Shown here in pieces: positions 18,341 to 28,055 of a DNA stretch of 64,000 nt. Under the pieces are notes generated by a model, which worked only from the letters and a program-made list of their open reading frames with translations, did not search any database and had not been told where the DNA came from. The position numbers were made by a program, and so were the translations under genes. Position 1 is the first letter of the stretch. Every line of letters starts with the position of its first letter. Source of the stretch: an uncultured Chitinophagaceae bacterium (GTDB taxonomy: Bacteria; Planctomycetota; Planctomycetia; Pirellulales; UBA1268); assembly GCA_964585575.1 (NCBI GenBank), contig CAZPEM010000001.1, positions 4,994 through 68,993 of the forward strand, written 5' to 3'.

Positions 18341-18898
18341 GTGCTCCTCTCCGGCTCGGGCCGCACGCTCGAGAACCTGCTCGACCGGATCGCAGCCGGA
18401 TCGCTCGCCGCGAAGGTGGCCGCGGTGGTGGCCAGCCGCGACCGCATTCGGGGCATCGAGGTCGCGCGTCGGGCGGGAATTCCGGTGCACATCCTGCCCC
18501 GCGGCGACAAACCGCTTGCCACGTGGAGCCACGAGGTGTTCGCCCCCTGCCGCGACGCCGGGGCCGAACTCGTCGTCATGGCGGGATTCCTGTCGCTCGT
18601 CGAGATCCCGGACGACTTCACCGGCCGCGTGATCAACATCCACCCATCGCTCCTGCCGGCCTTCGGAGGGAAGGGGTTCCACGGCCGCCATGTCCACGAG
18701 GCGGTGATCAGCCGAGGCTGCACCGTCTCCGGCTGCACGGTCCACCTCGTCGACAATGAGTACGACCACGGCCGGATCCTCCTGCAGGAGGCCGTCCGCG
18801 TGCTCCCCGACGACGACCCAGACTCGCTGGCGGCGAGGGTCTTCGCCGCCGAGTGCCAGCTGCTCCCGCGCGCGATCACCCTCTGGAGGCATCCATGA
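18341..18898 (+). CDS. purN: Phosphoribosylglycinamide formyltransferase
   Basis: PurN motifs are present: LLSGSGRTLENLL, MAGFLSLV, INIHPSLLPAFGG, GCTVHLVDNEYDHGRIL. There is no in-frame ATG. Candidate starts are GTG 18341 or CTG 18317, the latter overlapping the ileS stop as CTGA. Confidence 0.85.
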   Translation: MLLSGSGRTLENLLDRIAAGSLAAKVAAVVASRDRIRGIEVARRAGIPVHILPRGDKPLATWSHEVFAPCRDAGAELVVMAGFLSLVEIPDDFTGRVINIHPSLLPAFGGKGFHGRHVHEAVISRGCTVSGCTVHLVDNEYDHGRILLQEAVRVLPDDDPDSLAARVFAAECQLLPRAITLWRHP

Positions 18899-19416
18899 AA
18901 CGCTCCCTCGGAAACATCATTGCCGACTCACTGCAGGTCTCGATCGGCTATGCCGAGCGGCTCCTGAAAGATGTCCCATCCGGCCGCTTCGCCCGGTTCG
19001 CCGCGGCGGGCGGCGTCGCGGTCGAGGCGAACCACCCCGCCTTCATCTACGGCCACCTCTCGCTCTACGCGCCGAAGGTGCTCATCCAGATCGGCCACCC
19101 GGCACCGGCAGTGCCCGATCAGTTCGAACTCATGTTCTCGAAGGACGCCAGCTGCAGAGACGACGTCGACGGCGACCTCTACCCGCCGATGGACGAGATC
19201 ACCTCGTTCTTCTTCGAGGCCTACCGGATGGTCTCCGGGGCGGTTCGCAGCACGCCCGACTCCACCTTCGAACAGGAAAATCCCGCCACAGGCCGGATGG
19301 CGCAGCTCTTCCCCACGCTCGGCTCGGTGCAGGCCTTCTACTGCGGAGGCCACCTCATGATGCACCTCGGCCAGATGAGCACCTGGCGGCGGATCGAGGG
19401 TCTGGGGGCCGCCTGA
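18895..19416 (+). CDS. DinB-superfamily protein (DUF1993-like four-helix bundle)
   Basis: ATG 18895 overlaps the purN stop (ATGA). The length and helical pattern fit the family, with conserved His positions (ANHPAFIYGHL...GGHLMMHLGQM). Confidence 0.6.
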   Translation: MKRSLGNIIADSLQVSIGYAERLLKDVPSGRFARFAAAGGVAVEANHPAFIYGHLSLYAPKVLIQIGHPAPAVPDQFELMFSKDASCRDDVDGDLYPPMDEITSFFFEAYRMVSGAVRSTPDSTFEQENPATGRMAQLFPTLGSVQAFYCGGHLMMHLGQMSTWRRIEGLGAA

Positions 19417-19504
19417 CGGAAGGCCCGGACCGCGGCCTTTCCCGGACGGAGTCCGATCCCGTACGATTCTGGTCGCGGAAAATCCCCCTCCGAGAGAATC
19501 TTCC

Positions 19505-20443
19505 TTGGCCGTTTCCCCATCGCGATTGGACGCGGCCGCCACCGGCATCCACAGCGGCATCCACTGGGAATACCTGCTGCCCATCGGGACGGTGCACCTG
19601 CTCGCCCTGCTGGCGGTCCTGCCCTCCTGCTTCAGCTGGTCGGGGCTCGTGATCGCGGCGGCGGGTCCGGTCGTGTTCGGGACGCTCGGCATCAATCTCT
19701 GCTACCACCGGCTGCTCGCCCATCGGAGCCTCACGGTGCCCACCTGGCTGGAGCACATCCTGGCGGTGCTCGCGCTCTGCTGCCTCGAAGACACTCCGGC
19801 CCGCTGGGTGGCGAACCACCGCCTCCACCACCGTCACTCCGACGAGCCGGAGGATCCGCACTCTCCCCGCGACGGGATCGTCTGGTCGCACTTCGGCTGG
19901 CTCTTCCGAAGGGCGCCGCAGCGGCGGTCGTTCGCCTTCTTCGAGCAATACTCCCGAGACGTCCTCGCCGACGACTTCTATCGCAGGCTCGAGCTTCGGC
20001 CGACCTCCACGCTCTGGATCTATCTCGCGCAGGTCGCCGCCTTTGGCCTGGCCGGCCTGGCCGCCGGATTCCTGGCAGGCCGGCCTCCGAGCGAGGCCTG
20101 TGAGCTCGCCGCGAGCTGGATCGTCTGGGGAGTTTTCGTCCGCACGGTGCTCGTCTGGCACATCACCTGGAGCGTCAATTCGCTCACGCACGTCTTCGGC
20201 TACCGCACCTACGAAACCGGCGAGGACAGCCGCAACAATTGGTTCGTGGCGGTCGTGGCGATGGGGGAGGGCTGGCACAACAACCACCATCACGACGCGG
20301 CGAGCGCGAGCGTCCAGCACCGCTGGTGGGAGATCGACGCGACGTACTACGTGATTCTGCTGCTCGAACGGCTCGGCCTGGCGACCGACGTCATTCGCCC
20401 GCGACACGTGCGGCGTGCCGCGAACGGCGGCGTCAAGCCGTGA
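19505..20443 (+). CDS. Acyl-CoA/acyl-lipid delta-9-type fatty acid desaturase
   Basis: Three histidine boxes (HRLLAHRS, HRLHHRHSDEPEDPHSP, GEGWHNNHHH) plus N-terminal TM helices. Confidence 0.9.
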   Translation: MAVSPSRLDAAATGIHSGIHWEYLLPIGTVHLLALLAVLPSCFSWSGLVIAAAGPVVFGTLGINLCYHRLLAHRSLTVPTWLEHILAVLALCCLEDTPARWVANHRLHHRHSDEPEDPHSPRDGIVWSHFGWLFRRAPQRRSFAFFEQYSRDVLADDFYRRLELRPTSTLWIYLAQVAAFGLAGLAAGFLAGRPPSEACELAASWIVWGVFVRTVLVWHITWSVNSLTHVFGYRTYETGEDSRNNWFVAVVAMGEGWHNNHHHDAASASVQHRWWEIDATYYVILLLERLGLATDVIRPRHVRRAANGGVKP

Positions 20444-20456
20444 GCACCGAGGGCAC

Positions 20457-20951
20457 TCACTCGGAATCGGTCGTGCCGACGAGCGTGAATCCGGCCGCTG
20501 GCCAGAAGGCCCTCGACTCGACCCAGGAGTCGAGCGTGTCGGCGGTGATCCGCGGAGCCCCGATCGACCGGGCATGCCGCACGGCCGTCGTGACGAGCGT
20601 TCGGGCGACCCCCTGACGCCGCACGTCCGGATCGACGAGCAGCCAGGGAATCGACAGGCCGCTTTCGGTCTCCGCGACCATGACGATCCCGATCGGCCGC
20701 GGCCCGAGCGTCGCCGACCTCCAGGCCAGCCACGCCGAAACCTGCCGCCCGTCGCGACTTTCGAGTTCGGCGAGAAGCCCCTTGGACGAGAACGAAACGC
20801 TCCCCTCCCGGGCCTCTTCCGCGAGGCAGATCACCGCCGCCCGGTCGCGAGGCATCACGACCGGCGCGATCGCTACGTCCGCTGCCGGTGCCGGCTCTTC
20901 CTGGGCCGATTTTGCAGCAGAAAGCTCGCAAACAAACCGCAAAACCGCCAT
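20457..20951 (-). CDS. GNAT-family N-acetyltransferase
   Basis: It carries an acetyl-CoA binding signature (LLVDPDVRRQGVARTLV) and the C-terminus is typical of GNAT (AFWPAAGF). The exact start is uncertain. Confidence 0.75.
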   Translation of the reverse strand: MAVLRFVCELSAAKSAQEEPAPAADVAIAPVVMPRDRAAVICLAEEAREGSVSFSSKGLLAELESRDGRQVSAWLAWRSATLGPRPIGIVMVAETESGLSIPWLLVDPDVRRQGVARTLVTTAVRHARSIGAPRITADTLDSWVESRAFWPAAGFTLVGTTDSE

Positions 20952-21142
20952 TCAGGGCCTCTCTTCCGTTGTGTGAACGAATCGTGATCTAGGCTTGTCG
21001 GCATACTGACAGAAAACCTTGCCCGGGCCGCACAGACTATTGCGATTGGCTGCTTTTTTCATCGGTCGGATGCATATCGACCACATTTCAATCATTTGAT
21101 TGGTTGATTTCGTTCGTTTCTTGCTTGCACTCATTCTAAAAG
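20952..21142. promoter_or_regulatory. AT-rich divergent intergenic region upstream of the DeoR/BMC operon, with a perfect 6-2-6 palindrome
   Basis: This stretch is visibly AT-rich in an otherwise very GC-rich window. It contains caatca-tt-tgattg at 21089-21102, a nearby ttgatt half-site repeat, and atgcat. It separates the divergent GNAT and deoR genes. Confidence 0.55.
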
Positions 21143-21982
21143 TTGTCATACTTGGACGGCAGGAAGTCGTCACACGTGCATAATCACGAACGCCGCCGCC
21201 GTCTGCTCGACCTCATTCGGATCCGCGGATTCGCGGCTCTCGACGACCTGGTTCGGGAGCTGGGCGTGTCGGAGTCGACGGTCCGCCGCGACCTCGACGC
21301 GCTCGAGGAGCATGGATCGGCAAAACGGACCCACGGCGGCGTGCTCTACGCCGGCGGGATGCCCAGACTCGCCGAATTCGACCAACGTCAGCCGGCCAAC
21401 TGGGCCGCCAAGCGGGCCATCGCCGCCAAGGCGGCCGAGGCGATTCGAGACGGGGAAACCGTCCTGCTCGACGGCGGCACGACGACCTACGAGGTCGCCC
21501 GACTGCTCGTCGGCCGTTCGCTCCAGGTCGTCACCAACAGCCTGCCCGTCGCCAACCTCTTTGCCTCGGAAGCGCGGAGCGATCTCGTGCTCCTCGGCGG
21601 ATACGTCTCGCCGCGGACGGGCGTCTGCCTCGGCCCCTACGCCAACGAGCTGCTCGGCCGGCTCCATGTGACGACCACGATCCTCTCCGCAGCCGGTATC
21701 GCCGAGGACGGGCTCTTCAACGCCCACCTGCTGCTGGCCGAAACCGAGCAGGCGATGCTGAAGGCCGCCGGCCGTGTGATCGTCGTCGCCGACAGCTCGA
21801 AGTTCGGCCGAAAGAGCCTCACGCTCGTCAGCAGCCTCGACGGCATCGACCTGGTCGTCTCCGACGACGGGCTCGCTCCCCGCTGGCGGCAGTTCGTCAG
21901 GGACGCCGGCTGCGATCTCGTCATCGCCGAGGTCTCGTCGGTCGAGACGGCCTCCGTACCCCATGCCGCTGGAGCCCGATAG
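21143..21982 (+). CDS. DeoR-family transcriptional regulator (BMC locus regulator)
   Basis: It has the N-terminal DeoR HTH ([40 protein letters not shown]) and a DeoR-C sugar-phosphate sensor domain ([14 protein letters not shown]...VTNSL). The start may be GTG 21176. Confidence 0.88.
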   Translation: MSYLDGRKSSHVHNHERRRRLLDLIRIRGFAALDDLVRELGVSESTVRRDLDALEEHGSAKRTHGGVLYAGGMPRLAEFDQRQPANWAAKRAIAAKAAEAIRDGETVLLDGGTTTYEVARLLVGRSLQVVTNSLPVANLFASEARSDLVLLGGYVSPRTGVCLGPYANELLGRLHVTTTILSAAGIAEDGLFNAHLLLAETEQAMLKAAGRVIVVADSSKFGRKSLTLVSSLDGIDLVVSDDGLAPRWRQFVRDAGCDLVIAEVSSVETASVPHAAGAR

Positions 21983-22676
21983 CATGATCGCCACGCTTCC
22001 GGCCGGACTGGATCGCACGAGCGTCGAGCGGATCGTCCGCGAGATCATCCTGAAATCGCACACGCCCCCGTCGCAGGCCGCCGCGGCCGAACGGACCACG
22101 CCGAAGCTCGTCGTCAGCATCTCGGCCCGCCATTGCCACCTCACCGACGAGCATGTCGAGAAGCTCTTCGGCAAGGGCCGCACGCTGACGCCGATGAAGA
22201 ACCTCTATCAGGACGGTTTCTATGCGGCCGAGGAGACGGTCATGCTCGTCGGCCCCAAGCGGAAGATGCTGCCGACCGTCCGCGTGCTCGGGCCCACCCG
22301 CAAGGCCTCGCAGGTGGAGCTCGCCTTCACCGACGGAATCTCGCTCGGCATCGACCTGCCGGTTCGCCCCAGCGGCCAGATCGCGGGCACCCCGGGCTGC
22401 GTGCTCGTGGGCCCGGCCGGCGCGATTGAGCTTTCCGAGGGCGTCATCCGCGCCGAACGGCACGTGCACATGAATTTCGCCGACGCCGAGCGGTTTGGCG
22501 TGAAGAACGGCGACCGCATGAGCCTCATGATCGACGGCAGCTGCTCCACGGTCTTTCGCGACCTGCTCGTGCGGGCCGACGCCACGAGCAAGCTCGAGGT
22601 GCACATCGACACCGACGAGGGCAACGCGGCCGATCTCGACCACGCGACGAGCGTCGAGCTCGTCAGACAGAACTGA
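21963..22676 (+). CDS. pduL: Phosphate acyltransferase PduL with N-terminal encapsulation peptide
   Basis: Duplicated PduL domains are present ([18 protein letters not shown]; [16 protein letters not shown]). An N-terminal amphipathic helix ([16 protein letters not shown]) is followed by a P/A/S linker. Confidence 0.92.
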   Translation: MPLEPDSMIATLPAGLDRTSVERIVREIILKSHTPPSQAAAAERTTPKLVVSISARHCHLTDEHVEKLFGKGRTLTPMKNLYQDGFYAAEETVMLVGPKRKMLPTVRVLGPTRKASQVELAFTDGISLGIDLPVRPSGQIAGTPGCVLVGPAGAIELSEGVIRAERHVHMNFADAERFGVKNGDRMSLMIDGSCSTVFRDLLVRADATSKLEVHIDTDEGNAADLDHATSVELVRQN

Positions 22677-22831
22677 CAAGGACGGACCCGAGCCGCAGCA
22701 TGGCCAAGAAGAAGGCAGCCAAGCGAACGCGAAGACGAAACACGATCGTGCAGCCGGCGCGTGCCGGTGCGGTCGGCGGGGACGGCCCCGCGAAGGCTGG
22801 TAAGCAGAGTGACACAGGAGCAAGGCAACAG

Positions 22832-23116
22832 ATGGCGAAGAACGTCGAAGCCCTCGGAATGATCGAGGTGAAAGGATTCGTCACCCTCGTCGAGGCGGTG
22901 GACGCGATGATGAAGGCGGCGAACGTCACCTTCCTGGGCTGGGACAAGATCGGCAGCGGGCTCGTGACGGCGTTCGTCTCGGGCGACGTGGCCGCGGTGA
23001 AGGCGGCGACCGACGCGGGTGCGGCGGCCGGCGGCCGGATCGGCGACGTGGTGAGCGTGCAGGTGATCGCGCGTCCTCACGAGGACATCGGGGTCGTGCT
23101 GCCGTCGCAGGCCTGA
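22832..23116 (+). CDS. BMC-H shell protein (Pfam00936-type hexamer subunit)
   Basis: The BMC domain reads [27 protein letters not shown]...[13 protein letters not shown]...[11 protein letters not shown] 22832 has GGAG ~14 nt upstream. The ORF is also open from ATG 22700, which would add a 44-aa Lys/Arg-rich extension. Confidence 0.88.
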   Translation: MAKNVEALGMIEVKGFVTLVEAVDAMMKAANVTFLGWDKIGSGLVTAFVSGDVAAVKAATDAGAAAGGRIGDVVSVQVIARPHEDIGVVLPSQA

Positions 23117-23194
23117 TCGATCGAACGCAAGCAGATGCAACTGGAACTTTTTCCCCATTTCAAGACCGGAACCCCCAAACCAGAAGGACAGAGC

Positions 23195-23464
23195 ATGAAC
23201 ACGGCAATCGGACTCCTCGAAACCAAGGGACTCGTCGGCCTCGTCGAGGCGACGGACGCGATGGCCAAGGCGGCAAACGTGAAGGTTCTCAAGCGGATCA
23301 GCATCGGCAACGCCTTCGTGGCGACGGTGGTGCAGGGCGACGTCGGCAGCGTTCGGGCGGCCGTCGAGGCCGGTGCGGCCGCGGCCCAGCATGTCGGCGA
23401 GCTCGTCGCGAGCCACGTGATCCCGCGGCCCGCCGAGAGCCTCGTCACCGCGTTTTTCTCCTGA
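23195..23464 (+). CDS. BMC-H shell protein, second paralog
   Basis: The BMC domain reads AIGLLETKGLVGLVEATDAMAKAANV...GDVGSVRAAVEAG...VIPRP. ATG 23195 follows AAGGA. The upstream ATG 23135 is less likely. Confidence 0.88.
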   Translation: MNTAIGLLETKGLVGLVEATDAMAKAANVKVLKRISIGNAFVATVVQGDVGSVRAAVEAGAAAAQHVGELVASHVIPRPAESLVTAFFS

Positions 23465-23488
23465 TCGCCGACGACTGAAGCGCACACG

Positions 23489-24724
23489 ATGAAGATCCTC
23501 GTCGCCAATCTCGGATCCACGAGCTTCAAGTACCGCCTCTTCGACCTGCCGGAAGCGGCAGGCGCCGAAGGGGGCGTGGAGCTTGCCAAGGGGGGAGTCG
23601 AGCGGATCGGTGCCGCCGAGAGCCGGGTCTATGCGACCCTCGGCGATGCGACGCTCGGGGGGCGAAAGCTCGAGACGGTGAGCCCCGTGCCCGATCATGC
23701 CGTCGCCCTGCGGGCGGCGGTCGATCAGCTCACGGGCGAGGGCGGGCCGCTTGCGAGCATCGAGGAGGTGGCGGCGGTCGGCTTCAAGGCGGTGCACGGC
23801 GGGAGGGTGAGCGGCGTCGCACGCGTCACGCCCGACGTGCTCGCGGCGATGGAGGAGATGGCGAGCGTGGCCCCGGCCCACAACCCGCCCTATGTGCGGG
23901 CGATGCGGCTCTTGGGCGAGAAACTGCCGAGCGTGCCGCTCGTGGCGGCCTTCGAGACGGGGTTTCACGCGACCATTCCCGACCGCAACGCGCTCTACGC
24001 GGTGCCGACGGAGTGGGTGGAGACGCACCGCGTGAAGCGGTGGGGATTCCACGGTGCGAGCCATCGTTTCGTGGCGGAGAGGCTCTCGGCGGTCGTCCCG
24101 CCGAAGCCGTCGCGGCCGCTGCGGGCGATCTCCTGCCACCTCGGCGGCTCCAGCAGCGTCTGCTGGGTCCGTGACGGCAGGAGCGTCGGCACGTCGATGG
24201 GGATGAGCCCGCAGTCGGGCCTGCCCCAGAACAACCGGGCCGGCGATCTCGATCCCTTCGCGGTGCTTCACGTGGCGAAGGCCACGGGCCGCGGCTTCGA
24301 GGAACTGCTCGTGGAGCTCTCCGGGAAGGCCGGCCTCGCCGGCATGTCGGGCACCTCCGGCGACATGCGCGACCTCGAGGAGGCCGCGGCCGCCGGGAGC
24401 GAGCGGGCGAGGACGGCGATCGACGTGTTCGTGGCGTCGATCCGGCACTGGCTCGGCGCGGGGATCGTGGAGCTCGGCGGCGTGGATGCGATCGGCTTCG
24501 CGGGCGGCATCGGCGAGAACTCGCCGCTCACCCGGGCGGCCGTGCTCGAGGGCCTCGCCGACCTCGGGATCGTGATCGATGCGGACGCAAATGCTTCCAA
24601 GGGCTCCGCGGAGCGTCCGATCCACGCGAAGGACTCACGGGCCGCCATCTGGGTGATTCCAACGAACGAGGAGCTCGTCGTCGCGAGGCAGACACGCGAC
24701 CTGCTCGCTTCGAACCACGCATGA
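23489..24724 (+). CDS. ackA: Acetate/propionate-family kinase
   Basis: MKILVANLGSTSFKYRLF, the HNPPY-like AHNPPYVRA, FHGASHRF, and the C-terminal IPTNEELVVAR. Confidence 0.93.
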   Translation: MKILVANLGSTSFKYRLFDLPEAAGAEGGVELAKGGVERIGAAESRVYATLGDATLGGRKLETVSPVPDHAVALRAAVDQLTGEGGPLASIEEVAAVGFKAVHGGRVSGVARVTPDVLAAMEEMASVAPAHNPPYVRAMRLLGEKLPSVPLVAAFETGFHATIPDRNALYAVPTEWVETHRVKRWGFHGASHRFVAERLSAVVPPKPSRPLRAISCHLGGSSSVCWVRDGRSVGTSMGMSPQSGLPQNNRAGDLDPFAVLHVAKATGRGFEELLVELSGKAGLAGMSGTSGDMRDLEEAAAAGSERARTAIDVFVASIRHWLGAGIVELGGVDAIGFAGGIGENSPLTRAAVLEGLADLGIVIDADANASKGSAERPIHAKDSRAAIWVIPTNEELVVARQTRDLLASNHA

Positions 24725-24740
24725 GAGGAAAGGGAAATCG

Positions 24741-25049
24741 ATGTTCGTCGCACTCGTGACCGGATCGGTCGTCGCCACGCAGAAGACCGAGGCCATGACC
24801 GGCCACAAGCTGCTCGTCGTGGAGCCCTACCGGCTCGACGAGAAGACGCGGTCGAAGCTCGTCTCGACCGGCCGCACCTTCATCGCCGTGGACACGCTCG
24901 GCGCGGGCGAGGGGCAGTTCGTCCTCGTTACGCAGGGCTCGAGCGCCCGGCTCACGCCCGAAACCAAATCGCTCCCGATCGACGCCGTCGTCATCGGCCT
25001 CGTCGACACCGTCCGCGTCGACGGCCAAGAAGTCTTCCACCGCACCTGA
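24741..25049 (+). CDS. BMC-P vertex protein (EutN/CcmL family), paralog 1
   Basis: 102 aa. [15 protein letters not shown]...LLVVEP...[20 protein letters not shown] is typical of Pfam03319. Confidence 0.88.
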   Translation: MFVALVTGSVVATQKTEAMTGHKLLVVEPYRLDEKTRSKLVSTGRTFIAVDTLGAGEGQFVLVTQGSSARLTPETKSLPIDAVVIGLVDTVRVDGQEVFHRT

Positions 25050-25084
25050 CCAACGCCACAACCAATCCCCTTCCCATCACCACC

Positions 25085-26566
25085 ATGTCCATCGCACCCA
25101 CGCCCCCCGACATCGCCCAAATCGTCCGCCAGGTGATCCAGGAGCTGAGCCTCGCCGGATCAGCGGCGGCGAAGCCGTCCGCTGCATCCGGCCCGGCTCA
25201 CGGCCGCTCCAGCGCCGGCGCCCATGGGATATTTCAAGGCGTGGACGAGGCCGTCCGCGCCGCGACCGAGGCCTTCGAGCAGCTCGAGCGGCTCGGCGTC
25301 GAGGGCCGCAGGAAGGCGATCGACCACATCCGCCGCATTTCGATCGACGACGCGGAGGAACTCGGCCGGATGGAGTTTGCGGAGACGAAGGTCGGCCGGC
25401 TCGACCACAAGATCGAGAAGCTGAAGGTGCTCGGCACGAAGGTGCCGGGCGTGGAGTTCATGAGGAGCGAGGTCTTCAGCGGCGACCGCGGCCTGGCCGT
25501 CATCGAGCACGCCCCGTTCGGCGTCATCGGCGCGATCACGCCCGTCACCCATTCGCTCCCCACGATCGCCTGCAACGCGATCAACATGATCGCCGCGGGC
25601 AACACGGTCGTGGTCAACCCGCACCCGAGCGGCAGGCGGATCGCGGCCGAGGGGGTCCGCCGGTTCAATGCGGCGATCCAGCGGGACATCGGCATCGACA
25701 ACCTGGTCTGCCTCGTGGCCGAGCCGACGCTCGAGACCGCGGGTGAGCTCTTCAGCCACCGCGGCGTGAAGCTCATCTGCGTGACGGGCGGCCCCGCCGT
25801 CGCGAAGGCGGCGATGCAGTCGAGCAAGCGGGCGATCGTGGCCGGCCCAGGCAACCCGCCCGTCGTGGTGGACGACACGGCCGACCTCGACAACGCCGCC
25901 AGGTCGATCATCCAGGGGGCGAGTTACGACAACAACCTCCTCTGCATCGGCGAAAAGCAGGTCTTCGTGGTCGGGAGCGTCTTCGACCGGCTCATGAACG
26001 CGATGGAGCGGGCGGGAGCGATGCGGCTCGACGCGAAGCAGGTCGACGCCCTCACGAAGCGGGCGATCGTGATGGTCGGCGAGGGGGTCCACCGGCATCC
26101 CGCCCCCTGCAAGGATCTCGTCGGCCAGGACGCGGCGGTTTTGGCGAAGGCCGCGGGCGCGGCGGCGAGGGAGGGGCTCGATCTCGTCTTCGGCGAGACC
26201 GACGTCGACAACCCGTTCGTGCCCACCGAACAGATGATGCCGTTCGTGCCGTTCGTCCGCTGCAAGGACGTGGACGAGGCGATCCACCGGGCCCACGAGA
26301 GCGAGCATGGCTTTCGCCACACCGCGATCATCCACTCCAACGACGTCCGCACGATGACGCGAATGGGTCGGCTCCTCGACACGACGCTCTTCGTGAAGAA
26401 CGGCCCGAGCGTGGCCGGCCTCGGCCTCGGCGGCGAGGGGTATCTTTCCTTCTCGATCGCGACGCCGACGGGCGAGGGGGTGACGACCCCGCTCACCTTC
26501 ACCCGGCAGCGACGCTGCACGCTCGTCGACGACCTCTGCATCCTCGGCAGCCCCGACCGCTCCTGA
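25085..26566 (+). CDS. CoA-acylating aldehyde dehydrogenase (PduP/EutE-like) with N-terminal encapsulation peptide
   Basis: The ALDH fold is present, including the catalytic Cys region ([13 protein letters not shown]). An N-terminal amphipathic helix ([15 protein letters not shown]) is followed by an A/S/G linker. Confidence 0.9.
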   Translation: MSIAPTPPDIAQIVRQVIQELSLAGSAAAKPSAASGPAHGRSSAGAHGIFQGVDEAVRAATEAFEQLERLGVEGRRKAIDHIRRISIDDAEELGRMEFAETKVGRLDHKIEKLKVLGTKVPGVEFMRSEVFSGDRGLAVIEHAPFGVIGAITPVTHSLPTIACNAINMIAAGNTVVVNPHPSGRRIAAEGVRRFNAAIQRDIGIDNLVCLVAEPTLETAGELFSHRGVKLICVTGGPAVAKAAMQSSKRAIVAGPGNPPVVVDDTADLDNAARSIIQGASYDNNLLCIGEKQVFVVGSVFDRLMNAMERAGAMRLDAKQVDALTKRAIVMVGEGVHRHPAPCKDLVGQDAAVLAKAAGAAAREGLDLVFGETDVDNPFVPTEQMMPFVPFVRCKDVDEAIHRAHESEHGFRHTAIIHSNDVRTMTRMGRLLDTTLFVKNGPSVAGLGLGGEGYLSFSIATPTGEGVTTPLTFTRQRRCTLVDDLCILGSPDRS

Positions 26567-26577
26567 GAGCCACGCCC

Positions 26578-26838
26578 ATGCAACTCGCGAAGATCATCGG
26601 CTCGGCGACGGCGACGGTGAAACACCCGTCGCTCTCGGGCTGCCGCCTGCTCGTCGTGCAGCCGCTCATGGCCGACCGGAGGAGCCCCGACGGCGACCCG
26701 CAGCTCGCGATCGACACCGTCGGCGCGGGATCCGGGGACGTCGCCGTGATCACGAGCGACGGACGGCTGCTCCGCGAGCTTTTGAAAAGCGACACGACAC
26801 CCGCCCGCTGGAGCACGATCGCCCTCCTCGATGATTGA
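26578..26838 (+). CDS. BMC-P vertex protein (EutN/CcmL family), paralog 2
   Basis: 86 aa: MQLAKIIGSATATVKHPSL.G.RLLVVQP...AIDTVGAGSGDVAVI. Confidence 0.85.
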   Translation: MQLAKIIGSATATVKHPSLSGCRLLVVQPLMADRRSPDGDPQLAIDTVGAGSGDVAVITSDGRLLRELLKSDTTPARWSTIALLDD

Positions 26839-26911
26839 CGGTGCCGACGGACCATTACCGACCGCGACGATCCGACCAACACCCCGACCGAACGCCCCCC
26901 GAACCAATGCC

Positions 26912-27646
26912 ATGAAATCCGCCACCCCCTCTTCGCCGCTCGATCGCGACACCGTCGCGAGGCTCGTCGCCGAGGTCATCCGCCGCATCGAGGCGGAGGC
27001 CAAGCCGCTGCCGGCGGCAAGGCCCACGGCCCAGGCCCCGACGCTGGCGATCGCCGACCGGGTGGTCACGCTGCACGTGCTCGAGCGGCTGCCGGCGGGC
27101 ACGCGGCGAGTCACCGTCGACCCGAAGGCGGTCATCACCCCGTCGGCCCGCGACCATGCGAAGGAAACGGGCATCACGATCGACCGCGGAGCCGCGCCGG
27201 GCTCGGCCGGTGCCGTCGCGACCCCACGCCCCTTCTTCATCGGTTTTGCGCAGTGCAAAGCCGATCCCTCGGCCAAGGCCGCCGCGATCGCCCGGGCCGT
27301 TCCCGCCGCGCAGCACCTGCCCGCGTCGGGCCTCCCCGACCTGATCGCGTCCCTCGCCCTGCACGTCTCCCGCGACGCCGCCCACGGCATCCTGCTCACC
27401 GGCCGGCCGGCGGTGGCCGTCATCCTCGCCAACCGCTCGGCGAGCCTGCGGGCGGTCACAGGCCGCGACGCGGCCTCGCTTTCGGCCGCCGCCGCCGACT
27501 GCCAGGCCAACCTGCTCATCGTCGATCCGTCGGCGTTCGCCGGCGGACTCGAGCGGCTCTGCGTCGAGTTCGCGACGCGGCCTGGCGGCACGATTCCTTC
27601 CGAGCTCTCATCCGCCCCCGCCGGCTGCGGCTGCAAGACCCACTGA
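26912..27646 (+). CDS. BMC-associated hypothetical protein with an encapsulation-peptide-like helix
   Basis: The ORF is open from ATG 26831 (overlapping the upstream gene by 8 nt); the alternative start is ATG 26912. It has an amphipathic helix (DRDTVARLVAEVIRRIEAE) plus a P/A linker. The C-terminal half weakly resembles a degenerate RpiB/LacAB fold (HGILLTGRPAVAVILANRSASLRAV...CQANLLIVD). Confidence 0.7.
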   Translation: MKSATPSSPLDRDTVARLVAEVIRRIEAEAKPLPAARPTAQAPTLAIADRVVTLHVLERLPAGTRRVTVDPKAVITPSARDHAKETGITIDRGAAPGSAGAVATPRPFFIGFAQCKADPSAKAAAIARAVPAAQHLPASGLPDLIASLALHVSRDAAHGILLTGRPAVAVILANRSASLRAVTGRDAASLSAAAADCQANLLIVDPSAFAGGLERLCVEFATRPGGTIPSELSSAPAGCGCKTH

Positions 27647-27653
27647 GATTCCC

Positions 27654-27944
27654 ATGCGACTCGGCAAAACCATCGGCACGGTGACGCTCGTGGAACCCCA
27701 TCCCACCGTTCGCGGCGGAGTGTTTCGCCTCGTGGTGCCGCTCGGCCCGGACGATCTCCGCGCGGGGGACGGGCCGGCCGAACCGATCGTGGCCTGGGAC
27801 GAGTTGGCCGCCGGTGACGGCCAGATCGTGGCCTTCAGCGAGGGGGGCGAGGCAGCACAGCCCTTTCGTCCGGCCGACAAGCCGATCGACGCCTTCGTCG
27901 CAGCGATCATCGACCGGCTCGACGCCCCCGCGCGACCCGCATGA
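27654..27944 (+). CDS. BMC-P vertex protein (EutN/CcmL family), paralog 3
   Basis: 96 aa: MRLGKTIGTVTLVEPHP...FRLVVPL...AWDELAAGDGQIVAFSEG. Confidence 0.8.
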   Translation: MRLGKTIGTVTLVEPHPTVRGGVFRLVVPLGPDDLRAGDGPAEPIVAWDELAAGDGQIVAFSEGGEAAQPFRPADKPIDAFVAAIIDRLDAPARPA

Positions 27945-28055
27945 CCCGCACACCCCGCATGGCCCGCCGCCGCGCCGCAATCCACAAGCCGACCGCAACC
28001 CGAAGAGTGGGCAAGAATCGTTAGGACAGCCAGACCGAACATCAAGGAGCAAGCC

